A stretch of 64,000 nt of DNA, taken from the NCBI GenBank assembly GCA_964016885.1, contig OZ024749.1, positions 1,736,001 through 1,800,000 of the forward strand, in the 5' to 3' direction. This document shows, piece by piece, positions 1 to 11,696 of the stretch. The notes under the pieces are model-generated. The model had not been told where the DNA came from, ran no database searches, and saw only the letters and a program-made list of their open reading frames with translations. The translations under genes and the position numbers were made by a program. Source of the stretch: Eledone cirrhosa. Lineage: Eukaryota. The first letter of the stretch is position 1. Each line of letters starts with the position of its first letter.

Positions 1-228
1 TACTTCTACAGTTAGACAACATATAGTAATGTACTAGACTGGTCTGACACTATACCTCTACAGTTAGACAACTTATAGTAATGTGTTAGACTGGTCTGAC
101 ACTATACCTCTACAGTTAGACAACATATATTAATGTGTTAGACTGGTCTGACACTATACCTCTACAGTTAGACAACATATAGTAATGTGTTAGACTGGTC
201 TGACACTATACTTCTATAATTAGACAAC
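1..228. repeat. 52-bp minisatellite, about 4.4 copies, cut by the window start
   Basis: Unit cagttagacaacatatagtaatgtgttagactggtctgacactatacctcta recurs at 9, 61, 113 and 165. Confidence 0.95.
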
Positions 229-555
229 GTATGTTTCCTATGTCTCCCTCTCGATAACACTATGGTGTCTTTTTAAATGTAGACATATCCACTGACTGCT
301 GGTGTAGAGCCATTTAGTGAGACTTATAAATGAGACTTTTGAAAAGTCCCAATAATGGGACAAAACATTTGTCAATATTAAATGTAAAAACGTATTTGGT
401 AATTACTTTAATGAATAATTTGCTCCATGTACACATGTTTGTTTGAAAAAGTCTTTCAAAGAAGTATGAAAAGCCTTTTGTACTGTTATAAATAATTACT
501 GTATTTTGAGCTGTTTTAACTTCACCTATGTTTCCAATTTTCTATATTATTTTTG

Positions 556-600
<45 letters not shown>

Positions 601-605
601 TCAGG

Positions 606-917
606 CGAGATGATGTGTCGTTTCCTTCAGCAAGACACTTTATTTCACATTGCTCCAGTTTACTCAGCTGTAGAAATGAGATGATAGGGCTGGGGTCCCT
701 ATCATTCCACTGTAAAGTGGTCGTGGACGCGCCTCACGGAAAAAAAGCACCCAGCCCACACTGTAAAGTGGACGTGTGGTGCCACAGGAAAAAAAATCAC
801 CCAGCCCACACTGTAAAGAAGGTTGGTGTTAGGAAGGGCATCCAGCTGTAGAAATCAGGCCAGAATCAATTCCCGTCCCACCCTTGCAAGCAGGTAAAAG
901 TGGACGTAAAATGATGA

Positions 918-920
<3 letters not shown>
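606..920 (+). mobile_element. 5'-truncated SINE with an RTE-type 3' tail ending in (ATG)n
   Basis: agcaagacactttatttcacattgctccag body shared with other SINE copies here; ggttggtgttaggaagggcatccagctgtagaaa; tail cccgtcccacccttgcaagcag...aaaatgatgatga is shared with the LINE at 1165-1860 and with 13600-13672. Confidence 0.75.
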
Positions 921-957
<37 letters not shown>

Positions 958-996
958 TCAATACAAAGCAGAGTATAAATATTTAATATAGAAAGG

Positions 997-1043
997 CTTC
1001 TACAGGACTAGAACTGTTTCATTCGGGAGAAATCATCAGGAAA
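997..1043 (-). ncRNA. Type-I hammerhead-like motif, family H1, in the loop of a fold-back (arms about 955-994 and 1047-1086)
   Basis: Minus strand: tttc CTGATGA tttctcccgaat GAA ACAG ttctagtc CTGT A gaag. Stem III ACAG/CTGT, GUA site. Homologous copies at 22039-22089 and 24373-24423. Confidence 0.7.
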
Positions 1044-1164
1044 AGTTTTCTATATTAAATATTTATACTTTGCTATGTATTGAGTATCTTACTTACTGTG
1101 GTTACCCCCGATTGAACCCGGGATAAACGTATATATATATAAATATATATATACACATACACAC

Positions 1165-1860
1165 ATCATCATCATCATTTTACATCCACTTTTCCTTGCT
1201 TGCAAAGGTGGGACGGGTCCTATTCAGCTCAGTATCTCTCCATTCATCACGGTCTTTCGTCATCTCTCGCCACATCTACCCATGATTTTCGTAGTCTTCC
1301 TCTACTGCATCTTCCTTACACTGGGATTTCTTAGCACTTCTTTACCCAGCGGTCATCCTCCATGCACATCACATGTCCAAACCAACGCAGTCTTCTCTCC
1401 TGCACGCTACAGTTCATCCCTCTTATACACAGTTACTCTCTCAACTCTTCTATTCTTGGTCGTTCATGCACATTGGCATTACACATCCATCGGAACATAC
1501 TTGCTTTATTTCTCTCCAGCCATCACATATCCTCTGCAGTTGCTGTCCATGTCTCACTACCATGCAGCAACACGCATCTTTCACAGGCATCATGTAACCA
1601 GCCTAAACTTCTTCCAGCCCGTCTTTATTCTAGATACTATGGCCTTGGAGCACCCTCCTCTCTTGCTACTCTGATCACCTAGGTATTGGAAGCTACACCT
1701 AGTTTCTTTAGGGACCACCAGATGACAGATCGGGGTACTCTATTGAAAGCCTTCTCTAGGTCAACAAAAGCTAAATATAGTGGCTTATTTTTCTCTAAGA
1801 ACTTCACTTGTAGTTGTCTCACTAAGAAGAGGGCATCTGTTGATGCCCTCTTCAATATTT
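1165..1860 (-). mobile_element. Decayed RTE-clade LINE, RT fragment plus 3' end, internally deleted
   Basis: Minus-strand translation gives STDALFLVRQLQVKFLEKNKPLYLAFVDLEKAFNRVPRSVIWWSL and LHGSETW...RRLRWFGHVM; (ATG)n tail at 1165-1177. Confidence 0.85.
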
Positions 1861-1953
1861 ATCATTGATTGCCAGCTAAATTAACTAAAGGGATAAAAAA
1901 TATACGGAAGCGAAAACCAACCAAACAGTGAGTGTGTTTTATTATATATTTCT

Positions 1954-2143
1954 GGCGGTGGATTGGCAGTATCGGTAGAGGGTCGAATGCCCTGCTTTCC
2001 AGCATAGTTACGTCCCTTAACGATCTTAGTTCAAATCCCGCTGAAGTTGACTTTGCCTTTCATCCCTACGGGGTCGATAAAATAAAGTACCAATAATACA
2101 CTGGGTAATTGCTGGCCTTGTGCCAAAAAGTAGAAACAATTAT
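1954..2143 (+). mobile_element. Full-length tRNA-derived SINE (family S1) with target-site duplication
   Basis: A-box tggcagtatcgg, B-box gttcaaatccc, body gcctttcatccctacggggtcgataaaataaagtacc, tail ggccttgtgccaaaaagtagaaacaattat; attatatatttctggc at both ends (1941-1956, 2139-2154). Confidence 0.9.
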
Positions 2144-2270
2144 ATATTTCTGGCAATATTATAACAATATGATCCTCCCCAAATATAACCATATTTGTTT
2201 CAACACATGACTTTATATCAAAAACCTTGCAAAACATATATATATATATACACATATACACACACGTAAA

Positions 2271-2524
2271 GGCGCGTGGCTGAGTGGCTAGATAATTGGA
2301 TTCGTAATTGTGAGGTGGTGAGTTCGATTCCCAGACTGGGTGATGCGTTGTGTCCTTGAGCAACACACTTTATTTCATGTTGTTCCTTCTGCCTGAATGT
2401 GTGACCAACTGATAGTATTAGCAATTGGAAAGACCAATGGAAACATTGTTTCCTTGGTCCAGTTTGACGAGCTCCACCTCACACGTTAAGCGAATGAGGT
2501 CTGGGATCTTGTCGATCGACTGCC
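2271..2524 (+). mobile_element. tRNA-derived SINE (family S2)
   Basis: ggcgcgtggctgagtgg A-box, gagttcgattccc B-box, ttgtgtccttgagcaacacacttt body; related copy at 32495-32773 (-). Confidence 0.8.
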
Positions 2525-2666
2525 TATATATATATATATATTGGCTATTTAATATCTTTATTTATTTGTAGGGGAACAGTAATCCTGGTCTATCTACTTT
2601 GGTTAGCTTTGAACAGCTTCTCACTCAACCGGAACAAGATGGTATGTTGATTGATTTCACTTTTAA

Positions 2667-2871
2667 CCCATTACTCTATACTATTGTATTTTCATGGTAA
2701 ACACTTTACCTCATATAATTATCCCACATGATATCAAATCTACTAGATTTTGATGTTATTTCTTTTGAGAACAATACTTTAACATCAGTATGAGTGGCCA
2801 GTTACAGCCAGTTTAAACAGAAAGAGGTTAGACAATTCTGGCCGGATACGGACGGTTTAAATGCTAAAGGG
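2667..2871. mobile_element. piggyBac-like non-autonomous element (MITE)
   Basis: TTAA|CCC at 2663-2669 and GGG|TTAA at 2869-2875; short imperfect termini cccatta/cccttta. Confidence 0.5.
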
Positions 2872-2931
2872 TTAAACATCCATCATCATCATCATTACCA
2901 TGTTTGATGTCAACAAATGTTTCTATTTTAG

Positions 2932-3014
2932 TTGTGAAACCTCCTGTTATTAATGAAGAAGAGTTGAAGGCAAGTTATGATTCTGCACAGAAGAGGAGTG
3001 ATCACCTAGCTCAG
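2932..3014 (+). CDS. GCC2: GCC2 (GCC185) internal exon, VKPPVINEEELKASYDSAQKRSDHLAQ
   Basis: ttctattttag acceptor and cag|gtaaga donor; phase-0 join to the exon at 7859; resembles the EELVQKLSSTTKSADHLNG stretch of GCC2 as I recall it; not in the ORF track. Confidence 0.8.
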
Positions 3015-3309
3015 GTAAGATATATATTTAGGTGTTTTTATATTTAATTACAGGTGAGACATTCAGCTGTTGTCATATTTACACCTGGTTCATGAAAAGT
3101 GAAAGGGACTAGGTGAGAGGAATACAGCCAGCAATGAATGTTGTGAAAAGAAATGGACTGGAAGAGCTAGATGATGTGTTGAGGAAATGAGTGATTGGAG
3201 GAGAGGAATTGGTAGAATTAATGTGGAAGAAAGTAGAGGAAAGGGAAGACAAAGAAAGACCTGGCTAGAGATAATAGAAAAAGAAACGAAAGTTGATGAG
3301 GGCAGATGT

Positions 3310-3508
3310 ATGATGGGGTGCTGAAAAATTCCTGGTTTGATCACTGCTACAGAGTCCTGGTTGGAGGCCCAACCTTCCAAGTTCTTTTTACAGGGCTTAG
3401 AAAAATTGAAGGACCGCTGCAATGAATATGTGAATTAGAGAGGGGAATATGTTGAATAAAATCATAATTAACTAATCCTCCTGGGATTTCTTTTACTGAG
3501 AGCCAGGG
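3310..3508 (+). mobile_element. Mariner transposase 3' remnant
   Basis: FFLQGLEKLKDRCNEYVN*RGEYVE* matches the typical mariner C-terminus. Confidence 0.7.
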
Positions 3509-3604
3509 TTGGATGGGTTTTCACAGACTGGCTCTATATTGAAGCGAGGCCATTGATCTCCCAGGTAGGCAGGGATTTTGCATCTCACTTCATACAGTTT
3601 TAAC

Positions 3605-3880
3605 CAATCTTCTCTAAGACCCCTCTCCACCTGTCAATAATCATTTTAATGCCATGTTCATAAATTTCTTCAGGTTTTGAACTAAAGAGGAAACTAACTC
3701 ATTTTCGACTTCTCTTAATCCACTTGAATAATTTTGCAAACTTCTAAAGAGATGGTAATGGTGTGAGGTTCAGGGAATATGGTGGGTGAAGTATATAATT
3801 TCCCGGGCATCTTTTTCAAGGAAATCTTTGGTCTTTTGTGCAGTGGGAGATCTAGCATTATCATAATGAAGGATGACTTC
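3605..3880 (-). mobile_element. Decayed mariner transposase fragment
   Basis: Minus strand VILHYDNARS...PPYS...FRSLQN across frameshifts, the mariner HDNARPH/HPPYSPDL region. Confidence 0.6.
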
Positions 3881-3970
3881 TTTCTGTTTGTTAATAGTGG
3901 ATGTTTTTGCTGCTTTCAAATACCTTGGCTCTTGGCTCTTATTATTTAATTATTGCCTGGCAATATATAT

Positions 3971-4602
3971 AGAGAGATAAATAACCATATATCCATGAGA
4001 ATATACAATATATTGTATACATACAAAGCACATATTTCAAAGAAAAATATGTACTCTAGATGGAAACAATAATATATATTTTAATTTGAATTATTATAGC
4101 TCTGGATAAACGTCCATTGAACTTTTTTAGTGAGAAGCACAAAAATCAAATATATTTTATGTTTTGCTACCTCATATTTCTATATAACAGCTCTAAATCT
4201 CTTATTTTTGAGACTAAAATTTCCACAACTCTTTCTAGCAGAATAAACTTCCAGTTTTGTTTGTATCTCTTGTCTTGGGTTGAATGTAACTACACCACGC
4301 TGTTTTAGCTTGGTGTGAGTTCATTGAATTTCCCTCTGGAAATAAGCAGGTATATTGTATCATATACTAATTTCCAACTGTATTTTATTTCATAGTATAC
4401 AGTAGACAATAACCTCTGATGATTCTCTTGCATCTCCCATAACTTAACTAAAATTGATAGTTTGTGATCGATGATCGATTACATAGATCGATTTTAGATT
4501 ATGGTTTTACAAGGCATGAAATAACGTTATAAGGAATTTTATTGTTTCCATCTAGAGTACATAGTTTTCTTTGAAATTTGTGCTTTGTATATATACAACA
4601 TA
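3971..4602 (+). mobile_element. PLE-like remnant with inverted terminal arms, interrupted by the pogo element (right arm continues at 7276-7310)
   Basis: 3971-4072 is the reverse complement of 4539-4602 joined to 7276-7310; contains the hammerhead-like motif at 4413-4534; another arm copy at about 31978-32040. Confidence 0.75.
4413..4534 (+). ncRNA. Type-I hammerhead-like motif with long stem II
   Basis: cct CTGATGA ttctcttgca...tacaaggcat GAA A TAACGTTA T A agg. Stem I cct/agg, palindromic stem III, decayed stem II. Confidence 0.65.
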
Positions 4603-7273
4603 CCGTATCTACTCGCGTATAGGTCACACTTTTTTAACGATAAATAAGTATAAATTTTTGGGGTGCGACCTATCCGATCGACATCAGACTGACCAATGAT
4701 TTTTCATAGACTTAATCAACGATGGGTATTTATAAAAATAACTTTGTTAATATTTTTTATTATTTTACATAATAATTTCATATATCTACCTTCTTATACA
4801 TATATTTCTTGATTTTAAATTTTTTACTAAAACTTTGTAGTGTTTGTTTTTTTCTATCTGACCGAACCATCCGTCATTAAAAACCATAGAAATGCATACC
4901 CGGTATTTAAAATGTGATTTCATTGTCTTAGAGTTGCTATGAACACGTATTGTGACATATTTACTTTAACAGGAAACAGATTATTGCACGTGGCGTTTCT
5001 TCTCAACATTAGCAAGTGAGAAAAGTTGATAGTTGAAATTTTTTTTATAATTCGCTGAGAAATATGAATTCCGGTAAGAGAAAAAGTTATCAAACAGTTT
5101 TCAAGTTAAAGGTGGTTGGTTATGCAGAAGAATTTGAAAATAGATCAGCAGAAAGGGAGTTTGGAGTGTCAGAAAAGGTGGTGAGAGGTTGGAGGAAACA
5201 AAAAGACAAGCTGGGAGAAATTCCTAAATCAAAGAGAGCAGCAAGGTTTGGAGTATCACCATATCAAGATCTTCAAAAAGAGCTAAATGATCGGGTTTTA
5301 GATATCAGGGAAAATGGACACATTGTTACAAGACTTTCTATAAGAACGAAAGCCCTTCAACTTGTACCGCTTATCCCAATTTAAATCGTCAGCAGGGTGG
5401 TGCACCAGGGTTATGAATAGGTTTGGACTGACTCTTCGCCAAAAGACACATATTGCACAAAAGCTGCCAAAAGATATTGATGACAAAGTACACAATTTTG
5501 TAAAATTTGTGTTAAAGGAAAGAAAAATGTTTGATTTTGCCATGGAGAATATAGCCAACGTGGATGAAACACACATGTACTTTGACATGCCAGGCAACAC
5601 AACTGTGGATAGTGTAGGTAACAAAACTGTTACAGTCAAAACTACAGGTCATGAAAAACAACATTTTACTGTTGTTCTAGCAAGCCAGGCTGATGGAACA
5701 AAACTTCGCCCTATGGTTATTTTCAAAAGGAAAATTATGCCGAAAGAGAATTTTCCAAGCGATGTGATTGTGAAGGTACATCCGAAGGGCTGGATGGACG
5801 AGAACTTAACAAAGTTATGGCTTGATGAAGTGTGGATGAAAAGGCCAGGGGCATTACTAAAGCCACAAAGTTTGCTAGTTTGGGATATGTTTCGATCTCA
5901 CTGCTGTGAGTCTGTAAAGGATAAGCTGAAGGATTGTAAAACAAGACAAGCAGTGATTCCTGGTGGTTGCACCTCAGTCTTACAACCCCTTGATGTGGCA
6001 GTAAATAAGCCCTTCAAGATTATAACCGTAAACTCTGGACTTCTTGGATGATATCAGGTGAAAAAGAAATTACCAAAGATGGGTCATTGAAAAGACCTGG
6101 CTTGAGATTAGTGGTGGAGTGGGTGAAGGAGGCTTGGGAAAGTATCCCTGAAGAACTAATAATGAAGGCTTTCAAAAAATGTGGCATATCAAATGCTATG
6201 GACGGGACTGAAGATGATGTGTTAGATGAGGATTTAGTTGGTGAAAAGACAGAAAATGCAGAGAGTGATGAGGGAGATGATATTGAAGAATGTGAAGATG
6301 AATTGAATGACTATTATAATGAGTGCACAATTACAGATGAAGAAATGAAAAAACTATTTAATTAACAGGTGTAAAAGTAATAACTTTATGGATAAACACA
6401 AAAATTTAAACTTTATCTGCCTTACCTATTAGATTTGTTGCAAAAAAATTCAATAATGACCTAGTTGTTGTCTTCCATCAATTCTAGCAGTTTTCTGAAC
6501 AGGTGAATTAATTTAAAATGCAGATATAATCAGTACAAGGTTTTAGTCTTTCTCTACATTCCGGGCAAATATTTTCATTGAAAAAAATGTATAAAACCTT
6601 TTCACCAGTCAAAATAATATTTGCAATGTACTCTTACACAATGTACGGTGTAAATTTACGTAACAGAATGTTCCCAATATATAAGTTCATTAACAGGTGT
6701 GAACATGTATTGGTGTTGTATCTTTCAACCACGTTGCTGTAATATTTTCAATGGTGTCCGTCAGATCTTCGCTTTCTCTTTCAAAGTAACTATCATCGTC
6801 AGAAATAAATACGTCTGATTCATTTGAAGATAAATCACTAATATTATCTTGTGTTTCTTTTTCATTTTGAATGTCATCGCATGTAAAACCTTCAAAGTCG
6901 GTATTCGTTACTTTGGGAAGCCATGTTATACTTTCAACGTTAAAAAACACGTTTTATTTCAAGTTGTTTCACTATATTAAAAGTTAATTTTCGTGCTTAA
7001 AGGCTTTATCTCGCAGTAATCTCAAATTGACGAGATTTCGATGACGTTAAGGTTTATTTTATAAATAAAACATGGTTTGGAGTATATATCGCAGTGGTGA
7101 AGTAATGGAAAGCTAACAGATTATTAGTTTCAATTATCATAAAAAATAGTAGTTTGACGGCCCCAAATTTCAGTGTTACCTATCTGCGAGTCAATGGCAA
7201 ATAGCCTATTTGTTAAATGAAAAGTGGGTATGCGACCAATCTGCCGGGGCGACCTATACGCAAGTATATACGG
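4603..7273 (+). mobile_element. pogo-superfamily DNA transposon, DD35D (Passer/POGK-like), near full length
   Basis: 25-bp TIRs ccgtatctactcgcgtataggtcac / ccgtatatacttgcgtataggtcgc, TA duplicated at 4601-4602 and 7274-7275, subterminal gcgacc motifs. Confidence 0.93.
5064..6365 (+). pseudogene. pogo transposase broken by two frameshifts (Brinker-like DBD, CENP-B HTH, DDE_1)
   Basis: ORFs 5064-5384, 5362-6051, 6048-6365; motifs FKSSAGWCTRVMNR, NVDET, LVWDMFRSH, LQPLDVAVNKPFK (35 aa between D2 and D3), AFKKCGISNAMDGTEDD. Confidence 0.93.
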
Positions 7274-7432
7274 TACTGTGTATTCTCATGGATATGGTTC
7301 TTTCTCTCTCTCTCTATATATATATATACATATATCTTTTACTTTTCAATTATATATATATATATATATGTGTGTGTATTTATATATATATAAGTTGTAG
7401 TTCACTTGAAGCATTGTGTAATGAGGTATAAT

Positions 7433-7778
7433 GTTAGGAGTTGTAAGGCCAAGACAATGCAGGTATGGATATAGAATATAAATGCAAATGATATTGTTGA
7501 CAATTAGTCTTTTACCTTAAATTTATTTAAATATCCTTAATTTTCAAGATAATATCTCTTCTTCGGAGAGAAGTAAAGAGGTTAATCCAGTGTTCTAATT
7601 AGCTTGGCAAGCTAATTAGAACACTGGATTAACCTCTTTACTTCTCTCCGAAGAAGAGATATCTTGAAAATTAAGGATATTTAAATAAATTTAAGGTAAA
7701 AGACTAATTGTCAACAATATCATTTGCATTTATATTCTATATCCATACCTGCATTGTCTTGGCCTTACAACTCCAAAC
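7433..7778. repeat. Near-perfect palindrome (arms about 172 bp, 1-nt spacer at 7607) between (TA)n tracts
   Basis: Centre ctaattagcttg-g-caagctaattag; arms differ by a 3-nt indel and a terminal mismatch; each arm has CCGAAGA-agagat..atctt-GAAAATTA. Confidence 0.95.
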
Positions 7779-7842
<64 letters not shown>

Positions 7843-7858
7843 TTTTTATCTTCCTCAG

Positions 7859-8002
7859 TTGTTAAATGAAAGTGAGGCAACTGTGATGCGTTTGACGGAG
7901 CAGGCCAAGATTCTGAAGCAAGAAATACGTCGTTTGGAGCGGAACCAAGAAAGAGAGAAGGAATCGGCCAACTTGGAATATTTGAAGAATATTTTCCTAA
8001 AG
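7859..8002 (+). CDS. GCC2: GCC2 exon, coiled coil and GRIP start: LLNESEATVMRLTEQAKILKQEIRRLERNQEREKESANLEYLKNIFLK
   Basis: cttcctcag acceptor, aag|gtaaaa donor, 144 nt; EIRRLERNQERE..ANLEYLKN is characteristic of GCC2. Confidence 0.95.
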
Positions 8003-8059
8003 GTAAAATCATACATTGGTTTTATTGTTATTGTAGTGGTTTCAGTGAAATACCACACC

Positions 8060-8235
8060 AATGACACACCACCACCATTGTCACCACTACCACCACCACC
8101 ACTACCACCACCACCACCACCACCACCACCACCACTACCACCACCACTACCACCACTGCCACCACCACCACCATTGTCACCACCACCACTACCACCACTA
8201 CCACCACTGTCACCACCAGCACCACCACCACAACC
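8060..8235. repeat. (CCA)n imperfect microsatellite, intronic
   Basis: Direct reading; explains the poly-Pro/His/Val ORFs. Confidence 0.95.
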
Positions 8236-8407
8236 AATTGGCTTGTATTTGATAGTTGTGGTGGTGGTGGTGGTGGTGAGGGGGGGTGTCCTTCCTCTTG
8301 TATTTAATGGTGGTGGTGGTGTTGTATTTGATGGTGATGGAAGAGGTGGTAGATGTGGTGTGTCCTTGCTCTTGTATTTGATGATGATATGTACTTTCTA
8401 TTTACAG

Positions 8408-8516
8408 TTTATCATGTTGAAATCTGGAGATGAGCGAGAGAGATTGATACCAGTTATATGTACAATGTTAAAATTGAGTCCTGAAGAGAAGACACAGCTA
8501 TCAGCTATTGTCCAAG
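8408..8516 (+). CDS. GCC2: GCC2 exon, GRIP domain: FIMLKSGDERERLIPVICTMLKLSPEEKTQLSAIVQ(G)
   Basis: ttctatttacag acceptor, caag|gtaact donor, phase 0 to phase 1; GRIP motif. Confidence 0.95.
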
Positions 8517-8597
8517 GTAACTACACAATATTTCTTATAGAAACTCATCTTTTATTTGCTTTGGCTTTTTCCCTCCTTCTCTCACTTATCTTGTCAC

Positions 8598-8890
8598 AAA
8601 TTTTAACTTCTCTCTATTATCTTTCCATTAATTTTAACCTCTCTCTATTATCTTTCCATTAATTTTAACCCCTCTCTATTATCTTTCCATTAATTAAAAC
8701 CCCTCTCTATTATCTCTCCATTAATTTTAACCCCTCTCTATTAGCTTTCCATTAATTTAACCCCCCCCCTCTTATCTTTCCATTAATTTTAACCCCCCTC
8801 TATTATCTTTCCATTAATTCACCCCCCCCCCATTATCTTTCCATCAATTTTACCCCCCACCCTCCTATTATCTTTCCATTAATTAAAACC
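8598..8890. repeat. About 31-bp minisatellite (ttttaacccctctctattatctttccattaa)
   Basis: About 9 tandem units, degenerating towards 9100. Confidence 0.85.
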
Positions 8891-9169
8891 TGTTAAACCC
8901 CCATTAACTAATAATCCCTCTTTAGTTTTTTTGTTAATTCTAACCACTTCTATATGTTATAAAATTAATTCTAACCTCTCTATTATTTCCCCATTAATTT
9001 CAACACAATCACATCATTCCCCATTAAATTTACAAAACCCCACAATATTTTCCCGTTAATTTCAACCACTCTCCCTATTAGTTTTATTTTTTTACTTTTA
9101 ACCCTCCCATATTTGTTGTGTGTATTTGTTTTATTTTTCATCCTTTCACAAAGTTTGGCAGTTAATTGA

Positions 9170-9720
9170 TTCCCTCTTCAGCCTATTATAACAGCTGTTG
9201 GCCGTAACCTGACCCCTCAGCCTATTATAACAGCTGTTGGCCGTAACCTGACCCCTCAGCCTATTATAACAGCTGTTGGCCGTAACCTGACCCCTCATCC
9301 TAATATAACAGCTGCTGACCATAACCTGACCCCTCATCCTAATATAACAGCTGCTGGCCGTAACCTGACCCCTCATCCTAATATAACAGCTGCTGGCCAT
9401 AACCTGACCCCTCATCCTAATATAACAGCTGCTGGCCGTAACCTGACCCCTCATCCTAATATAACAGCTGTTGGCCGTAACCTGACCCCTCATCCTAATA
9501 TAACAGCTGCTGGCCATAACCTGACCCCTCATCCTAATATAACAGCTGCTGGCCGTAACCTGACCCCTCAGCCTAATATAACAGCTTCTGGCCATAACCT
9601 GACTCTTGACCCAATATAACAGCTGCTGGCCGTAACCTGACCCTTGACCCAATATAACTGCTGCTGGCCGTAACCTGACCCTTGACCCAATATAACAGCT
9701 GCTGGCTGTAACCTGACCCT
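9170..9720. repeat. 39-bp minisatellite (ctgacccctcatcctaatataacagctgctggccgtaac)
   Basis: About 14 tandem copies. Confidence 0.95.
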
Positions 9721-10053
9721 TTTATTACATAACATAGATGGAGTTGGTCATGAACCCCTTAACTCCTGATGGAGGCCATTGCTTCTTTGTGTCTAAACAT
9801 AACCAATTGCTTCCAGAGAAAGGGACATAGTGTGAGAAAGAGAGAGAGAGTGAGGAAGAGAAAGGGAGGGAGTGAGAAAGAGAGTGAGTAAGGAGGAAAG
9901 AGAGTGAGAGGAAGAATTGAACTTAGTACATGACTGGTACTTTATCAAGTTTGGAGGTATGAAAAGTAAAGTTGACCAAGATTTGAACTGAGAGTGTAGA
10001 GAACTGGAAGGAATATTACAAAGCATTTTAACAGCCTTGCCAGTCTCCTGCCT

Positions 10054-11696
10054 ATAAGATATATCTCTCTCTGTCTCACATCTAACACATATATATAAGA
10101 TACATCTCCCTCTGTCTCACATCTAACATATATATAAGATACATCTCCCTCTGTCTCACATCTAACATATATATAAGATACATCTCCCTCTGTCTCACAT
10201 CTAACATATATATAAGATACATCTCCCTCTGTCTCACATCTAACACATATATGATACATCTCTCTCTGTCTCACATCTAAAACATATATAAGATATATCT
10301 CCCTGTCTCACATCTAACACATATATAAGATACATCTCTCTCTGTCTCACATCTAACATATATATAAGATACATCTCTCTCTGTCTCACATCTAACATAT
10401 ATATAAGATACATCTCTCTCTGTCTCACATCTAACATATATATAAGATATATCTCTCTCTGTCTCACATCTAACACATATATAAGATACATCTCTCTCTC
10501 TGTCTCACATCTAACACATATATAAGATACATCTCTCTCTGTCTCACATCTAACATATATATAAGATACATCTCCCTCTGTCTCGCATCTAACACATATA
10601 TAAGATACATCTCTCTCTGTCTCACATCTAACACATATATATGAGATACATCTCCCTCTGTCTCACATCTAACACATATATAAGATACCTCTCTCTCTGT
10701 CTCACATCTAACACATATATAAGATACCTCTCTCTCTGTCTCACATCTAACACATATATAAGATACATCTCCCTCTGTCTCACATCTAACACATATATAA
10801 GATACATCTCTCTCTGTCTCACATCTAACACATATATATGAGATACATCTCCCTCTGTCTCACATCTAACACATATATAAGATACCTCTCTCTCTGTCTC
10901 ACATCTAACACATATATGATACATCTCTCTCTGTCTCACATCTAACACATATATAAGATACATCTCTCTCTGTCTCACATCTAACATATATATAAGATAC
11001 ATCTCCCTCTGTCTCACATCTAACACATATAAGATACATCTCTCTCTGTCTCACATCTAACATATATATGAGATACATCTCTCTCTGTCTCACATCTAAT
11101 ACATATATAAGATACATCTCTCTCTGTCTCACATCTAACACACATATAAGATACATCTCTCTCTGTCTCACATCTAACATATATATGAGATACATCTCTC
11201 TCTGTCTCACATCTAATACATATATAAGATACATCTCTCTCTGTCTCACATCTAACACATATATAAGATACATCTCTCTCTGTCTCACATCTAACACATA
11301 TATAAGATACATCTCCCTCTGTCTCACATCTAACACATATATAAGATACATCTCTCTCTCTGTCTCACATCTAACACATATATAAGATACATCTCCCTCT
11401 GTCTCACATCTAACACATATATAAGATACATCTCCCTCTGTCTCACATCTAACACATATATAAGATACATCTCCCTCTGTCTCACATCTAACACATATAT
11501 AAGATACATCTCCCTCTGTCTCACATCTAACACATATATAAGATACATCTCCCTCTGTCTCACATCTAATACATATATAAGATACCTCTCTCTCTGTCTC
11601 ACATCTAACACATATATAAGATACATCTCTCTCTGTCTCACATCTAACATATATATAAGATACATCTCCCTCTGTCTCACATCTAATACATATATA
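10054..11696. repeat. 37-41-bp minisatellite (catctctctctgtctcacatctaacacatatataagata)
   Basis: About 42 tandem copies with dinucleotide length variants, in the last GCC2 intron. Confidence 0.95.

Noticed and set aside
1954-2340. tRNA genes
   Set aside because: A and B boxes belong to SINE heads; no complete cloverleaf, and SINE bodies follow
5064-6365. Domesticated POGK host gene
   Set aside because: Flanked by TIRs and a TA duplication, frameshifted twice and located in an intron, so a transposon copy
7724-8662. 312-aa ORF as a single-exon gene
   Set aside because: Only 7859-8002 and 8408-8516 are GCC2 exons with canonical splice sites; the rest is TA/CCA microsatellite intron that happens to be open
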